Shown here: in pieces, positions 1 to 12,192 of the stretch
Layout of the letters: every line of letters starts with the position of its first letter
Position numbering within the stretch: position 1 is the stretch's first letter
Source of the DNA: Camelus ferus
Taxonomy: Eukaryota
Length of the DNA stretch: 64,000 nucleotides
NCBI RefSeq assembly: GCF_009834535.1
Contig: NC_045696.1
Location: forward strand, 113,710,001-113,774,000
Reading direction: 5' to 3'
Made by a program: the position numbers and the translations under genes
The notes under the pieces: generated by a model
Seen by the model: only the letters and a program-made list of their open reading frames with translations
Databases searched by the model: none
What the model was told of the DNA's origin: nothing

Positions 1-1345
1 AATTTAAAAATACCATTTTAAAGACATCATTTGTTGTTTGACTACCATTTCCTATTTCAGACAAAAATTGGAAAACCGAAATAGCAAGGTCTGTTCTTCT
101 GGGACTTATATCTTCATTTGCTTCATGTCTCCTTCCAATCTGAAAATGCTGTATGTTGCATATTAGTGGCATAAAATGGAAGTGAGCTACCAACATTCTG
201 TGTGATAACTTTGCGGGGAGGAAGAGAAAATAAATGACATCATTTGAAACTTTAAGAAGCAACCAGCGTTTGCACTGAGCATTGCTATTGTCAGGTGCTG
301 ACCACGAATCATTATTTCCGGTCCTCTCAGTCTTCAGTGACTTCTCAGTTCTCAGTCCTCCCGAATGGAGTGGTCAAGGGCTCATCGAGCCAATGAAATA
401 CAGAGGTAAAAACAGAGTCAGTATAGGGCAGGACTTCTAGAATGGTGGAGTAAGGGCTCAACAGAATCCTTCCAGCAAAACAACAATTTAACTGAGAGAA
501 ATTATAAAAAAAGCAATCATTAGAGTCTCTGGAAATTGTTCAAAGGGCATATAGCAAATGGAGACAACGTCATTCAAGAAAATCTATTAAACCTTAGAAA
601 GAACAGTGATGGTCTATAGCATTGGAGCCACACCCAGCTCCCTTACCTGCACCTGCAGCTCTGTAGGAGGGAAGTGCTCCCCAGGGCCCTCTGCTGTGGG
701 CCAAGAATGGCCCCAGCTCCCAGTCTGAGGCTTTGGTTTCACCTTGGAGGGGCAGGCTCTTGCCCCCCACTCCCATGCTGCAGAAGGTCTCTTCTGTACA
801 GTACAGCCAAGAGCACCAGTCTCCCTTTCCCCACCTGCCCCACCTGCTCCTGCAGTAGAAATTATACCCAAATGAGAATACTGGGGTCCTTGTCACCCCT
901 CACCCCAGCCCAGCTGGTGGGCAAATAAGAGTGGAGGGTCCATGCTGCAAAAGATGAGCCCAGAAGACCAGCTGCCACAGCCCCGACCCCCCACATAGAC
1001 TTGTAAAGAGGGGGCGCTGATCACTTTGGGAGAAGTGGGTCACTGACCCCAGCGCTGTGCGGTGGTGCAGGGGTTCAGCTAAGGGGTGGAGGGAGCGGGG
1101 AAGGCAGGCCTAAGAACAAAGAGCTCGGAGCTCTACTGAGAGGGCTGCCTTTATTTGGAGCAGAGTGAAGAACTCCATGCCTAAGAGTGTTGTCAGCAAC
1201 AATGGAGGGCTGGGAGGGAATTAAGAGGCTGGCAACTCTGAGACAAGAAAAGCGGCAGAGCAGCCAGAAGTTTAACAGAAGCAGAAAGGCTACGAAGGAC
1301 GCCCTCCTGGGATCACAATGGACTCTGCGCGTGTGCTCTAAGCCC

Positions 1346-1490
1346 TGGGGCGTGGCGTGCCGGGGCGGGGGGCGTGGGGGGGCGTGGGGTGTTGTGTGGG
1401 GGCGTGGCGTGCCGGGGGCGGGGCGTGTTGGGGTGGGGGCGTGGCGTGGGGTGGAGCGTGGCAGGGGTCGGGGGCAGAGCTGGGCGGGGC
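1346..1490 (+). repeat. G-rich degenerate tandem array (GGGGCGTGGCGT/GGGGCGGGG units)
   Basis: Directly visible: many GGGG tracts and repeated ggggcgtgg units, CpG-rich. Confidence 0.85.
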
Positions 1491-2108
1491 AGCAATCAGA
1501 GAAGGCTCTGGTGCTGAGCTGAAAGCATCCCTCACTCCAACAGACCCGGCAACACAGGCAGGCCCCACTGACTCAATGCCTTAAACACAACCTCTGACCA
1601 AACTGACTGAAAACTAAGCCACTCTGACACAGGGCAACTTCTGGGGAGTTAGGCGTAAAAACATTAGCACAGTCGCCCCTGGCAGGCTGTTAAAGAGTGT
1701 GTGCTGTCCGAGGTTGTGCCCTCCTCCCCAGGGAGCGGTCAGAGGACTCCAAGATAACCCCCTGAACTGTGACAGCGACCTCCCCGCCACACACATGTAC
1801 CGCTGTACGGGGTAAAGGCCTGACGGGCTCTGGGGGCCCCAGCACCACTTTGACCAATAACTGGCTTCTGCACCCCAGAAGCGCTTCCTAGGTGGCCAGG
1901 CCAAAAATGGTGGCAGAAGACTGAGCAGGGACCTTGGAGGCTGACACTGCCTGGAGCTAGACTTTGCAGGATTGTTACACCAGGTAGTGGACCTAGCAGA
2001 CAAAGGCTCCAAAACAGCTGTTACAAATATTATGTTCAAAGAACAAAAGGAAACCATGCTTAAAGCACTAAAGTAAGGTATGATGACAAAGTCTCACTAA
2101 AGAAAATA

Positions 2109-2442
2109 CAGGAGTCCCCCATCCATGACTTCACTTTCTCCAGTTTATTACCCAGTGTCAACAGCAGTTTGAAAATATTAAATGGAAAATGCTAGAAATA
2201 AACAATTCGTAAGTTTTAGATTGCATGCCATTTTGAGTAGCATGATGAAATTTCACACTGTCTTGCTCCATTCCACCCAGGCAGTGACTCACCTTTTTGT
2301 CCAGTGTGTCCACGCTGTATACGCTACCAGCCTGGGAGTACAGGAAAAGACTTGGTATATACAGGGTTCAGTTCTATCCTCAGTTTGAGGCATCCACTGG
2401 GAGCCTTGGAACATATCGTCCACGAATAAGGGGGGACTACTG
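2109..2442 (+). mobile_element. MER44-family (Tigger7-derived, Tc1/mariner) non-autonomous DNA transposon nested in the L1
   Basis: Terminal inverted repeats caggagtccccc... / ...gggggactactg with TA duplications at 2107-2108 and 2443-2444. The internal sequence matches recalled MER44 (aaaatattaaatggaaaat...agaaataaacaattc). L1 ORF1-like sequence resumes after it. Confidence 0.85.
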
Positions 2443-3702
2443 TATCAACATAGAGATAAAAACTCTTTTAAATAAAAAGAACCAGATAGAAATCCTGGAG
2501 TGAAAAGGATAACTTGAAGATTTCACAGAGGGGTTCAAGAGTGAACCTGACCTGGCAAAGAAATCAAAAGGAAATTCAGAAAATACTTTGAGAAATAATT
2601 TCTGAACTTAAAAACTTCCTACAAATATGAAAATGAAGACACAGCATACCCAAACTTATGAGATGCTGCTAAAGCAGTGCTTAGAGGGAATTCTAGTAGC
2701 TATAAATGACTATATAAAGAAAGATGGAATATCTCAAGTAATAAACTAACCTTCTACTTTAAGACACTGGAAAAAGAAGAGCAAACCAAATCTAAAGCAA
2801 GCAAAAGGGAGAAAACAATTAAGATGGCAATATTTGCCACGTTGATTTACAAGTTCAACGCAATTCATATCAAAATCTCGATTGTTGTTTGCAGAAGTTG
2901 ATAAGCTGATCCTAAAATTCATATGGAAATGCAAGGGACCAAGAATAGCAAAAAAAAAAGTCTTGGAAAAGAAGGTCAAAGTTGAAGAGCTCACATTTCT
3001 AAATTTAAAAACTTGCTACAAAGCTACAGTAATCAATACAGTGTGGCACTAATATGAGGTAGACACACAGATCAATAGAGTAACAATGAAAACCCATAAA
3101 TAAACCCTTACATTTATAATCAACTGGTTTTCAACAAGAGTGTCAGTATAATTTAATAAGGAAAGAAGAGTCTTTTCAACAAATGATACTGAGATACCTG
3201 GATATCTTAGGCAAAATAAATTTGGACCCTGACTGCACACCATACACAAAAATTAACTCAAATGGATCGGAGAGCTAAAACTATAAAATTCTTACAAGAA
3301 AACGTAGAAGAAATTTTTTTGGTGACCCTTGGCTTCTTAAATATGACATTAGAAGCACAAGCAACAACAAAAAAAGTAGATAAATTGGGTTACATCAAAA
3401 TTAACAACTTCTGCACATGGAATGACAGTAAAGGAGACAGGGTTTTTTTTTTGTTTTTGTTTTTTAAGGGATAAAATGTTCTAAATGTAGATTGTGGTGA
3501 TGGTTGCACAACCTTGTGAATACATTAAGAAACTGAAATGTATACATTCAATGAGTGAATTGCATGGTTTGTTAATTATATCTCAATAAGGCTATTTTAA
3601 AAATCAATGTATGTTTTCCTTTGTGAAGAAAAAGTACTAATGGTCAATGTTCCTAGTTTAAACATCTTAAAGTCCTTTACTCAGAAAACTTTCATACTTC
3701 AA

Positions 3703-3893
3703 GGGGAGGGTATAGCTCAGTGGTAGACCACATGCTTAGCAGGCACAAGGTCCTGGATTCAATCACCAGTACCTCCATTAAAATAAATAAGTAAATAAAT
3801 AAACCTAATTACCTCCCCCTCCTAAACAAAAACAAATGAAAAACCCAAACCAAAAATAAACAAGTAAATGTATATTTTTTAAGTTTTAAAAAA
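3703..3893 (+). mobile_element. Camelid tRNA-Ala-derived SINE (Vic-1 type)
   Basis: ggggagggtatagctcagtggtag...gtcctggattcaatcaccagtacctcca head (A and B boxes), then (aaat)n, acctaattacctcccc and an A-rich tail. Degenerate TSD aaaactttcatac / aaaaccttttatac. Confidence 0.9.
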
Positions 3894-5468
3894 ACCTTTT
3901 ATACCAAGTGTAAAAAGAGTATTTATTGTTCCAGAATAATCCTTATTGGGTAAAGATGTCTAGAATGATTTTCCAGATGCGTAAGACTGAAAACCAATGG
4001 GGCTAGATGGCCCAAATTTAGTCCCGTTGAGTGCCACCAGACACATTGCAGAGAGTTTCCAGAAAACAATAAATTAAAAGAAAACACCTTATTTGTCTTA
4101 AAAATAGCACAATTACCAGGAAGCCATTGGTTTATATTTGGAGAGATCATTTTATATTACCAGCTCTTGCTAGGAAATGCAATCTCTTTCAACTAAGAAT
4201 TCTGGCAAAATTTTTTTCCCCTCACGGGAATTTCAAAATTATATTCACACACTATTCAAGAAGAGAAAAACGCCTTTGTAAACATGATCTGTTCCTCATC
4301 CTTTCCAGGGGCTGATTATATCCACATTTTTAAGCAGATGGCAGTTGAGGATGCTAACAAAAAGAAAACACATTTTAATTTTCTTCGTTAAATTGATGTA
4401 GGAAGATAATCTTGGGATGATTAAATTAGAAAGTTTAAATAACTCATTCCTGAGGAAAAACTATGGCTGAAATCGCAGTGGAAATTGAGTGGTCATGGGA
4501 CGGGGAAAGACTGATTTTCTTTCTTACAAGAAGAAACAATGATGTTCTCTGGACACCACCATCTCCCCCTTTCAACCTGGAAATGGTTCCAGATCAGGCA
4601 GGAACTGCCCTGAGCCTTGGTGTTTTGTACACTCAGGAGTCCGGAAACCTTTAGCAGGAGATGATCTTCAACTCGGAGCACTTAGCACTTTCTCTGGTTA
4701 CGACCGAAGAAAACATTCAGAGTTTACTCCATTTACCGCCACTCTCAGAAGAACAGCAGGTGTGTGATGTGACCATTAAAACTGACCTGCCATTCTCTTT
4801 CTGAGCAGAGATGTCACAACCTCTTTTTCAAGAGGCTTTTCCACTTTATTACGTTTTCTCTCTCAGTTCTGGGAAGTAAACATTTTCTATCAGGACAAGG
4901 AGAACAAGTGTTTTGAACTGTCAAATAAGATGTTGTCTTTATTTCTTCAAGGTAGGAACTGCATTGCCTTCATCCCAGGAATGTAAGCCAGCCAGGCAGT
5001 AGCTCTTTGCACATGGATGAAGGAATAATGCAGCATCCTCTGATTTTTGTTAGATCTGCCCTGAGTTACAGGAGTTTAGTGATGAACCTGTGAAGGGTGC
5101 TGCGTGACAGGTCTGCAGCCCTTACGACCTGTTGATTGTGGGTTCATGAGACAAAGTGCCACAGAGGGAGGAGGATCTGACCCACATCATCGGAGAGGAA
5201 AAACACTCCGGAATTACAGAAAATGAGATGTGGCCAGGATTTAAACTGCCTGCATATTTGGTGTTCTAAGAGCTGATAGCATTTGAACAGGGAAAGAAAA
5301 AAGTATAGTAGTAGTCGTACAATAGTTGAAATCTATAGTAAGTTTTACCCGCGTTCTGCTTTAATAATGGTAAAGTCCCTTCTCATACATTCTAGTGGGA
5401 TCCAACTGTAAGTCAACTGTCCTAACATAGTGGAAAGAAAGCCTGCACATTACCTGTTTCTCAGCACC

Positions 5469-6510
5469 TGTGGTACATTGTACACCTCCTGCCTGCTCTC
5501 CTCACCCTGTGACATTGACATGCCTCCATGGAGAAGGAGGATCTGTACTCCCTCCCTTGAACCCAGGCTGACATTTGGAACTGCCTTGACGGATGGGATG
5601 AGGTGGAAGTGATACCACGTGACTTCTGAGGTCCTGAAAAGCAATACGAGCACAAGGAACTATATTCAATATCTTGTAGTAACTTAAGACTGAAGAATTA
5701 TGCTGTACACCAGAAATTTACACAACATTGTAACCTGATTATACTTCAATAAAACTGTATATATACAAAAAAAAAAAAAACTCCTAAAAACAAACAGGAA
5801 AAACTCAGAAAGATTAGAGAAGCCAATCAAAATTCAAAGAATACAGGTCAGAGAGAAAGGCATGTTGGCTAAAACAAGAGCAGGAGAGAGCCTGGGACAA
5901 TGCACAAACCCAAGAGTTTTTGCAATGATTCTGAGTGAAAGCAGAAGTGAGTTCTGTTTTCTGGGTGCATCATATCTGTGTATTCAGTTACATGAGAGCT
6001 CAGTTTCCTCACCTGCAAAATAGAATGAGGGAGAATGTCTACCTCACTGTATTGCTGTGAAAATTGAGGAAGAAAAGTGGAAGCACTGAAGACACACGGG
6101 GAATCTCTCTCTTTTGTTGGCAGCCTGATAAGTTGTCTATGCTCAGAACATGTTCAATGAATACATGAATAAGTGAATAAAAGAATTTATGAATTCTTAA
6201 AAAAAAAAAAGATGATAATATGGCTCTGCCTGAATCTCTGAGTCAATTGCCCTTGGAATCCAGCCACCATGTTGTAAGGAAGCTCAGGCTGACGGTGCCT
6301 CAGGCAAGAGCCAACACCGCAATTGAGTGAAACTTCTGATGATCCAGCTCCAAGTCTCCGTGTTATCCAGCCAAGGCTTCTGATATTGTGGAGCAGGGAC
6401 AAGCCACCCCGCCAAATGAACTACAGAATCTTGGAGAACTAATGAGGAACTATTGTTTTAAATCATTTTGTGTTGAGATACGTTGTTACGCAGCAGTGAT
6501 AACTAATACA
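5469..6510 (+). mobile_element. MLT1-family (MaLR) solo LTR split in two (5469-5648 and ~6217-6510)
   Basis: TG start and CA end. Left half has cccttgaacccaggctg...gtgacttctgagg; right half has ccagccaccatgttgtaaggaagc...ttgttacgcagcagtgataactaataca. Confidence 0.75.
5649..5780 (+). mobile_element. Young 5'-truncated L1 3' end with poly(A)
   Basis: agcacaaggaactatattcaatatcttgtagtaac...tatgctgtacaccagaaatttacacaacattgtaa...tatacttcaataaaa then A14 (5767-5780). Homologous to the L1 3' ends at 57150-57300 and 49690-49830. Confidence 0.9.
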
Positions 6511-6799
6511 AGAGCTACACTTCTTCCTGGCAGTAAGTCACTAGGTGAGGGAAATTAAAAACCTTTTAGGGATCAAGGTAACTAGATCTCAATGGAAAAT
6601 TTATGATTTTATGGCTTGGGTTGTTTCATGAGAAGGATTTAGTCATCTGTCTCATTGAATTTGATTTTCCCAGGACCACAAGTCAATCATGTATTTACTT
6701 ACACACTAAATTAACATGTTTATTTATTTGTTCTTTCAACAAATATCTGTGGGGTAATTATCCTATTGTAGGCATAAGGATAAATCAAATATGATCCCA

Positions 6800-7030
6800 A
6801 AGCTGCATCTAGTCTAGTCTGCCTGAGTTTAAATTTTGGTTCTTACACTTATTAGCAAATTACTTAACATCTCTTTGCTCAGATTCTTTGTCTGTAAATA
6901 ACGGCAATATTAATACCTACTTCACAGATTTTATGAGGTTTAAAAGGGTTAATACAGATGAATTATTCAGAGCAGAGCCAAGCACATCTTTGGCACTATA
7001 TAAGTGTTAGGATTATTGTAATTATTATCA
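6800..7030 (+). mobile_element. MIR SINE (preceded by an L2 fragment at ~6715-6800)
   Basis: gcaaattacttaacatctctttgctcag...tctgtaaa...aatacctacttcacag MIR core. Confidence 0.75.
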
Positions 7031-7253
7031 TCTGTAAGAATTTGTTTCTTAAAATAAGACTCAAAGCAAATATGGTAAAGTGCTAACATTTCTTAAATCC
7101 ATGTGATTTTTTTTTTTGGTGAGTGTTAATCTTGATACTTCGCAATATTTTTTCAATAATTTCTAATAAAATTAAATTACCCATAAAAAGATATAGTCTC
7201 AGTCCTAGTTTACATATTAGGGAGGAGGATGAGTAACCCAGCTTAGAGAACAG

Positions 7254-7311
7254 GTGTGTGTGGTGTGCTTGTGTGTGTGTTGGGGTGTGTGTGTGTGTGT
7301 GTGTGTGTGTG
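7254..7311. repeat. Interrupted (TG)n microsatellite
   Basis: Directly visible. Confidence 0.95.
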
Positions 7312-7701
7312 CACCCACGTGTGCAATGAGCTGAAATCTCTATCTTACCACCTGGCTCTGGAATCCCTTTTGTGGGAGAACAGTGTTTGTTTTGGAGAGA
7401 AAACTTGATAAGGTGCTTCACCTCGGGGTTGACTGTGGGATCTTGAGGGCTGGGTGCTGACCTGAGTTCAAGGACGAAAGAGAAAATTAAGTTGTTGGGC
7501 ATGAGAAACTGAAGGGAGGAAAGGGAAGAGAAGAGACAGGAGGGGGAAGGGGAAGGAGGAGGGAGGGAAGCCCTGAGGCTGGGCATTATGGGGGTGAAGC
7601 GAGTGTCAGTTAGGAATGCGTTCAGCAGCAGTTACAGAAAATGAGCTATGGTGTACATAGATATCTAGGAGCTTATTTTTCTTTTCCAGAAGAAGTTAGT
7701 T

Positions 7702-7833
7702 GTTTTTAAATTTTTTTTTTAATTTTGGGAGGGAGTTACTAGGTTTGTTTATTTAATGGAAGTACTGGGGATGGAACCCAAGACCTTGTGCATGCTAGGC
7801 ACGTGCTCTACCACTGAACTGTGCCCCCTCCCC
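7702..7833 (-). mobile_element. Camelid tRNA-Ala-derived SINE
   Basis: Reverse complement of the 3703 element (gtactggggatggaacccaagaccttgtgcatgctaggcacgtgctctaccactgaactgtgccccctcccc). TSD aagaagttagtt (7690) / aagaaggtagtt (7834). Confidence 0.9.
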
Positions 7834-7879
7834 AAGAAGGTAGTTTTTAGCAATGGTTCAATAATGCAAAGTTCGGTGT

Positions 7880-8231
7880 TGTAGCCATGGGAATATGCCT
7901 CCTAGACCTCCAGCTTCAGGGAGCATAACTGACCAATGGCTCTGGCTGTTGCACTTTAAAGTCCGTCACCATCTTTGTGTCAAAGCCATGCCTTCCATGG
8001 GCAGCTCCCAACCGATGACAGTGCAGCACAAGGACCAACACAGACCCACCTCAGAGAGCCCTTCTCTCTCTCTCTTCCTCACTTGAGGTCAGACTCAGTC
8101 ATAATCTGATGGTTCTCCCTGTCTTCTTCAGTGCCCTCCTGACTTTCCCTCACACAGGCATTTCCTCTGTTAAATCCTTGCCATTTAATCCCATGTAAGC
8201 ATCTGCTTCTTGACAGGCCTAGATTAAGACA
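7880..8231 (+). mobile_element. ERVL-class solo LTR (LTR16-like), inserted in an older MLT1J/K-like relic (~7604-8410)
   Basis: TG...CA ends; tgtagccatgggaatatgcctcc...tttccctcacacaggcatttcc...gcatctgcttcttgacaggcctagattaagaca resembles recalled LTR16. Confidence 0.6.
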
Positions 8232-10149
8232 ACTGGTAACTGTGAGATTTCTATGGGCTTTCCCCTATGGTTGCAAAAAGGTGGCCAGAACTCCTGCCAT
8301 CCCATCCACAACTAAGACTAGAAGAAGGGGTGAAGAAAGAAAGGCTGTACTCTTGCATCCAACCCTTTTATCAGGAAAACAGAAGATTCCTTAGGAACTT
8401 CCAAACACTCATATCTTCACACCCAATGAAGTCAACTGGAGAAGATTTTCTTGGACATTTTAAACTGTAACATGGAGCATCAAAGAAAAAGGTCAATGTA
8501 TATAGGAGTTCTGGGAACACTACACACTGAAAGAAACTATCTTCAAAAGAGTATTATTAGTCATAATCCAACACTTCATGTATTTATTTATTCATTATTA
8601 AGTGCCAGCAGTGTGTCAGCATTCTGCCAGATTTTATGTAATTTCGGGGACTATTCAGTATTGTCAAAAACAATGCAATGTTTTTATGAACACTCAACCC
8701 CCAAAAGATTTCCATAACACTAATAAAGCCTTCACCATATAGTTGTTGGCTTTGAGGGTCAAAGAAATTGAAAAGCAACTGTGTATTTCCTGGAAAATTT
8801 CCTGCATTTAATTTTACAGCTTTTAAGACTTCATTAGAACATTTTCCATTTGGTATAAAAGGCCCAAGAAAACATCAAAAAGCCATTTGAGCTATATATG
8901 ATGCTTTTGGGAATGTCATCAGAAATACTAAGATCACAGGAAATCATAAAAATGTCTCTTTTTCAAGGAATTTGTAATTGGTAGAATTTATAGTACCAGA
9001 ATGCTAGATACTGTGGGCCTTTACTACACAAACTGTTCTTTGGAAAACACAGGTATTTACTGAGAAACTGCCACGTGCCAGGTGCCGGACTAAGAATTAG
9101 ATTATACACACTGACAAGGTGTCTACCCTCAGGGGACTTACTTTTCTGTGGGGTTATGGCAGTAAACAAACAGAGCAGGTAGCAGGTGCCCTGAAGACAG
9201 GAGCAGGAGCTGTGACAGATCTACACTAACTACACTGGTCAGAATGGCATTGCCCTAAAAGGGACATTTAATCTGAAAGAAAAAAGAGTAGCTAGGGAAA
9301 GAGAAGAGGGAACTGTCATTTGGTGTGGTCCAGGAATGAGGGGAATGGTGTGGGACCAGGGGGCAGTGCTGGCTGGGAGTGGAGAAAACTGGGTGTGACT
9401 GATCTGATTGGCTGTGATGTAGAAAGAGGGATGTAGTGGACCAAGAAGCAGGAAGACTTCAGGGGATGTGGGAGTGAACTTGGGGAGAAGTCAGTGAACC
9501 TGTTCCCTCTAATATCTAACACAGTTCTGAGAATAAAAGAAATGCTGATTCTCTGACTACTGCCATTGCTGCAAGTGATAACCTGCCCTCTGTCTCTGAC
9601 CCACAGTCTGTGTTTTCTGTCAGCATCCAAAAATACCGGCAGGCAAGGATGGTAAAATCTCAGATCCCTCCCATTCCTGACAGGCAGTTAACCTGTTCCA
9701 ACATGATCTTGACTCTCCCCTCAATCCTCCCGGATCTCCACATTCACATCTCACCCACCCCATTTCCTTCCCATCTGAGTCAGTGACATCACCATCTACC
9801 TAATTCCTCTGTCCTGAAAGCTGGGCTCATTGTTCATTTCTACCCACACATCCAATCTCTCAATAGATGTGTTGACTTTTCCTCCAAGACAAGAGGGCAA
9901 GTCTATCTCACAAATGCTTTTTAAGCATGAGCCTTTTGGCATGAGCCTTGGCCAACATGCTGTGATCCAACCTAAGGTTAAAGAACAGGGAAGTAGACTC
10001 ACCGCGTGTGAAAAGAACTTCAAAGTCCTGTGGCCAACCATGTTCATGGGTACAGGGAGGAGTGATGGATTCAGGCCATTAATGAAATCTGCCACACAAG
10101 CACCAAAGTGAATTTGTTTTTCTGACTTAGATCGCTGATATTTAGTATA

Positions 10150-10268
10150 ACTTTTTCTTTCTTTCTTTTTCTTTCCCTCTTTCTTTCTTTCTCCCTTCCT
10201 TTCTTTCTTTCTCCCTTCCTTCCTTTCTTCCTTCCTCCTTCCTCCCTTCCTCCTTTCTTTCTTTCCTC

Positions 10269-10337
<69 letters not shown>

Positions 10338-10427
10338 CTTTCTTTCTTTCTTTCTCTCTCTTTATCTCCCTTCCTTCCTTCCTTCCTTCCTTCCTTCCTT
10401 CCTTCTTTCTTTCTTTCTTCTTTCTTT

Positions 10428-10460
<33 letters not shown>

Positions 10461-10499
10461 TTTCTTTCTTTCTTTCTTATTCCTTTCTTTCTTTCTTCT
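10150..10499. repeat. Compound (TTTC)n/(TTCC)n polypyrimidine microsatellite
   Basis: Directly visible, ~350 bp almost purine-free. Confidence 0.97.
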
Positions 10500-10840
10500 A
10501 CAAAAGGGCTTTCTGAGAAACCTCCCAGAAGAAGGGCTGTTTACCCATGGAGTGTTTGGCAGAGCTGGAAGCAAGGAGTTTCCTGAGATCTGTCCCAGAA
10601 ACACGGTGGTAGTCGATGCCTGGTTTTAGAAGTTTTACATCACCACAACACTCCTTTGACCTTGAGGATGGGCTCAGGAACCAAGTACACCAGCAGGGAA
10701 CAGGGGCACCTAGAGCATGGAAAGCCATCACCGGTGCTGTGTGAGGTATTGCTTGTAGCCCTGGGTTAACTTAGACTCTTACAGTGAAAATAAGTGTCAT
10801 TCTTCCATCTTTCAGTTTTTAACTTTTTATCATCTTTATT

Positions 10841-11002
10841 TGTTTATTTTTTGGGGGAGGAGGTAATTAGACTTATTTATTTATTTATTATTTATTTATT
10901 TATTATTTATTTATTTATTTAATTGAAGGTACTGGGGGTTGAACCCAGGACCTTGTGCATACTAGGCATGCAGTCTACTACTGAGCTACACCCACCCCTT
11001 CC
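10841..11002 (-). mobile_element. Camelid tRNA-Ala-derived SINE
   Basis: gggggaggaggtaattag...(ttta)n...ggtactgggggttgaacccaggaccttgtgcat...ctgagctacaccc. TSD catctttatt on both sides. Confidence 0.9.
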
Positions 11003-11550
11003 TTAACATCTTTATTGAAGTAACATTTACATACCATAACATTCATATAATTCATTTTAGTTATATAGTTTGATGAGTTTTAGTGAATGTCTACAGTTGC
11101 ACAACCATCACCACAATGCAGTTTAAAACCTTTCTACATCCCTCAGTTTCCTCTGTGCACATTGGCAGTCAGTCCCCAATCCCACCCCACCCCCAGCAAC
11201 CACTGACCTGCTTTCTGTCTCTGTGTATTTGCTTTTTTCTGGACATTTCATATAAATGGAATCTTATAACATGTGGTCCTTTGTACCTTTCTTTCATGTA
11301 GGTTTTTTTTTTTCTATTTTAATTTTTTATTGAAGTGTAGTTGATTTACAATGTTAGTTTCAGGTGTACAGCAAAGTTACTCAGTTATATAAAGATATAC
11401 ACACACACACATACTTATATATAAAGTATATATACATACATATATATATCTTTTCCATAGTTTTTGAGATTCACCCATATTGTTGCACATATTGGTAGTT
11501 TGTTTCTTTTTGTTGCTAAAGAGTTTTTCATCATATGAAGCTATGATGTT
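11003..11550 (-). mobile_element. L1MB-like 3' fragment interrupted by a short young L1 3' tail (~11303-11450)
   Basis: tttattgaagtaacatttacatacc...cagcaaccactgacctgctttctgtctctg...; insert tttattgaagtgtagttgatttacaatgttagtttcaggtgtacagc. Confidence 0.7.
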
Positions 11551-11726
11551 TTTAACATATGCTAATGTCTGTTTCCAGGAGAGAGAGAGAGTTGGTTCAG
11601 GTTCAGAGGCTTGGGTAGAAGGGAGTATCTAATGAAAATTCAATGACATTGTTTTGGCTTTATTTTGTTTATTTGCAGGATATTCACTATTTATAGCAAG
11701 TGGTCCTGATTTTCCATTTAAAGGTG

Positions 11727-12192
11727 TGTATTAGTTATCTATGCCGCATAACAAATAGCTCCAAAAATGTAGCACCTTAAAATAGTGAACTCCCTCCCTC
11801 AGTTTCTGAGGGTTGGGAGCTTGGGAGGGACTCAAGTGGAAGGTTCTAGCTTAGAGTCTCAGTTAAGATGTCAGTAAGAGCTGCAGTCATTGAAAGGCTT
11901 GGTTGGGGTTGGAGGGTCTTCTCTGATGCTCCTTCACAGGGCTGTTGGCTGGGGGCCTCAGTTCCTCACTGACTTATGGCAGGAGGGCTTGGTTCTTCAC
12001 CACACAGGTCCCTCTGTGGGTCTTCTCACAAGCTGGCAGCTGTCTTCCCCCAGAGCAACTGATTCAAGAGAGTGAGAGACAGGAAATGCCTTTTCTGATC
12101 CAGTTATGAAGTCTCACACTATTCTGCTTCCTTCCAATCTCCAGAAGCGAGTCACTGCCAAGTCCAGCCCCCAGTCCAGCCATTTACAGACA
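11727..12192 (-). mobile_element. MLT1-family LTR
   Basis: tgtattagttatctatgccgcataacaaat...agctgcagtcattgaaaggcttgg...gaagcgagtcact, a typical antisense MLT1. Confidence 0.7.

Larger units (their letters stand above)
431..3603 (+). mobile_element. Old L1 (L1MC/L1MD-like), internally deleted: 5' UTR, ORF1 fragment, ORF2 fragments and 3' end in order
   Basis: Starts with an L1-type 5' end (ggacttctagaatggtggagtaagg). ORF1-like sequence at ~1950-2560, ORF2-like blocks at ~2560-3420 (e.g. gatgctgctaaagcagtgcttagaggg, ctaaaattcatatggaa), and a typical L1M 3' end at 3470-3603 (gattgtggtgatggttgcacaacc...tatctcaataa). No TSD recognisable. Confidence 0.7.

Noticed and set aside
1003..1020. CTCF-like agagggggcgct (similar partial matches near 13000 and 25705)
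   Set aside because: Only half of the motif matches; not supportable without data.
3703..3777. tRNA-Ala-like sequence (and four other copies)
   Set aside because: Stem-disrupting changes, SINE tail and TSDs show these are SINE heads, not tRNA genes.
10362..10604. Lys/Glu/Arg-rich ORF (also the Phe/Leu/Ser ORF at 31328-31726)
   Set aside because: Translation of microsatellites.
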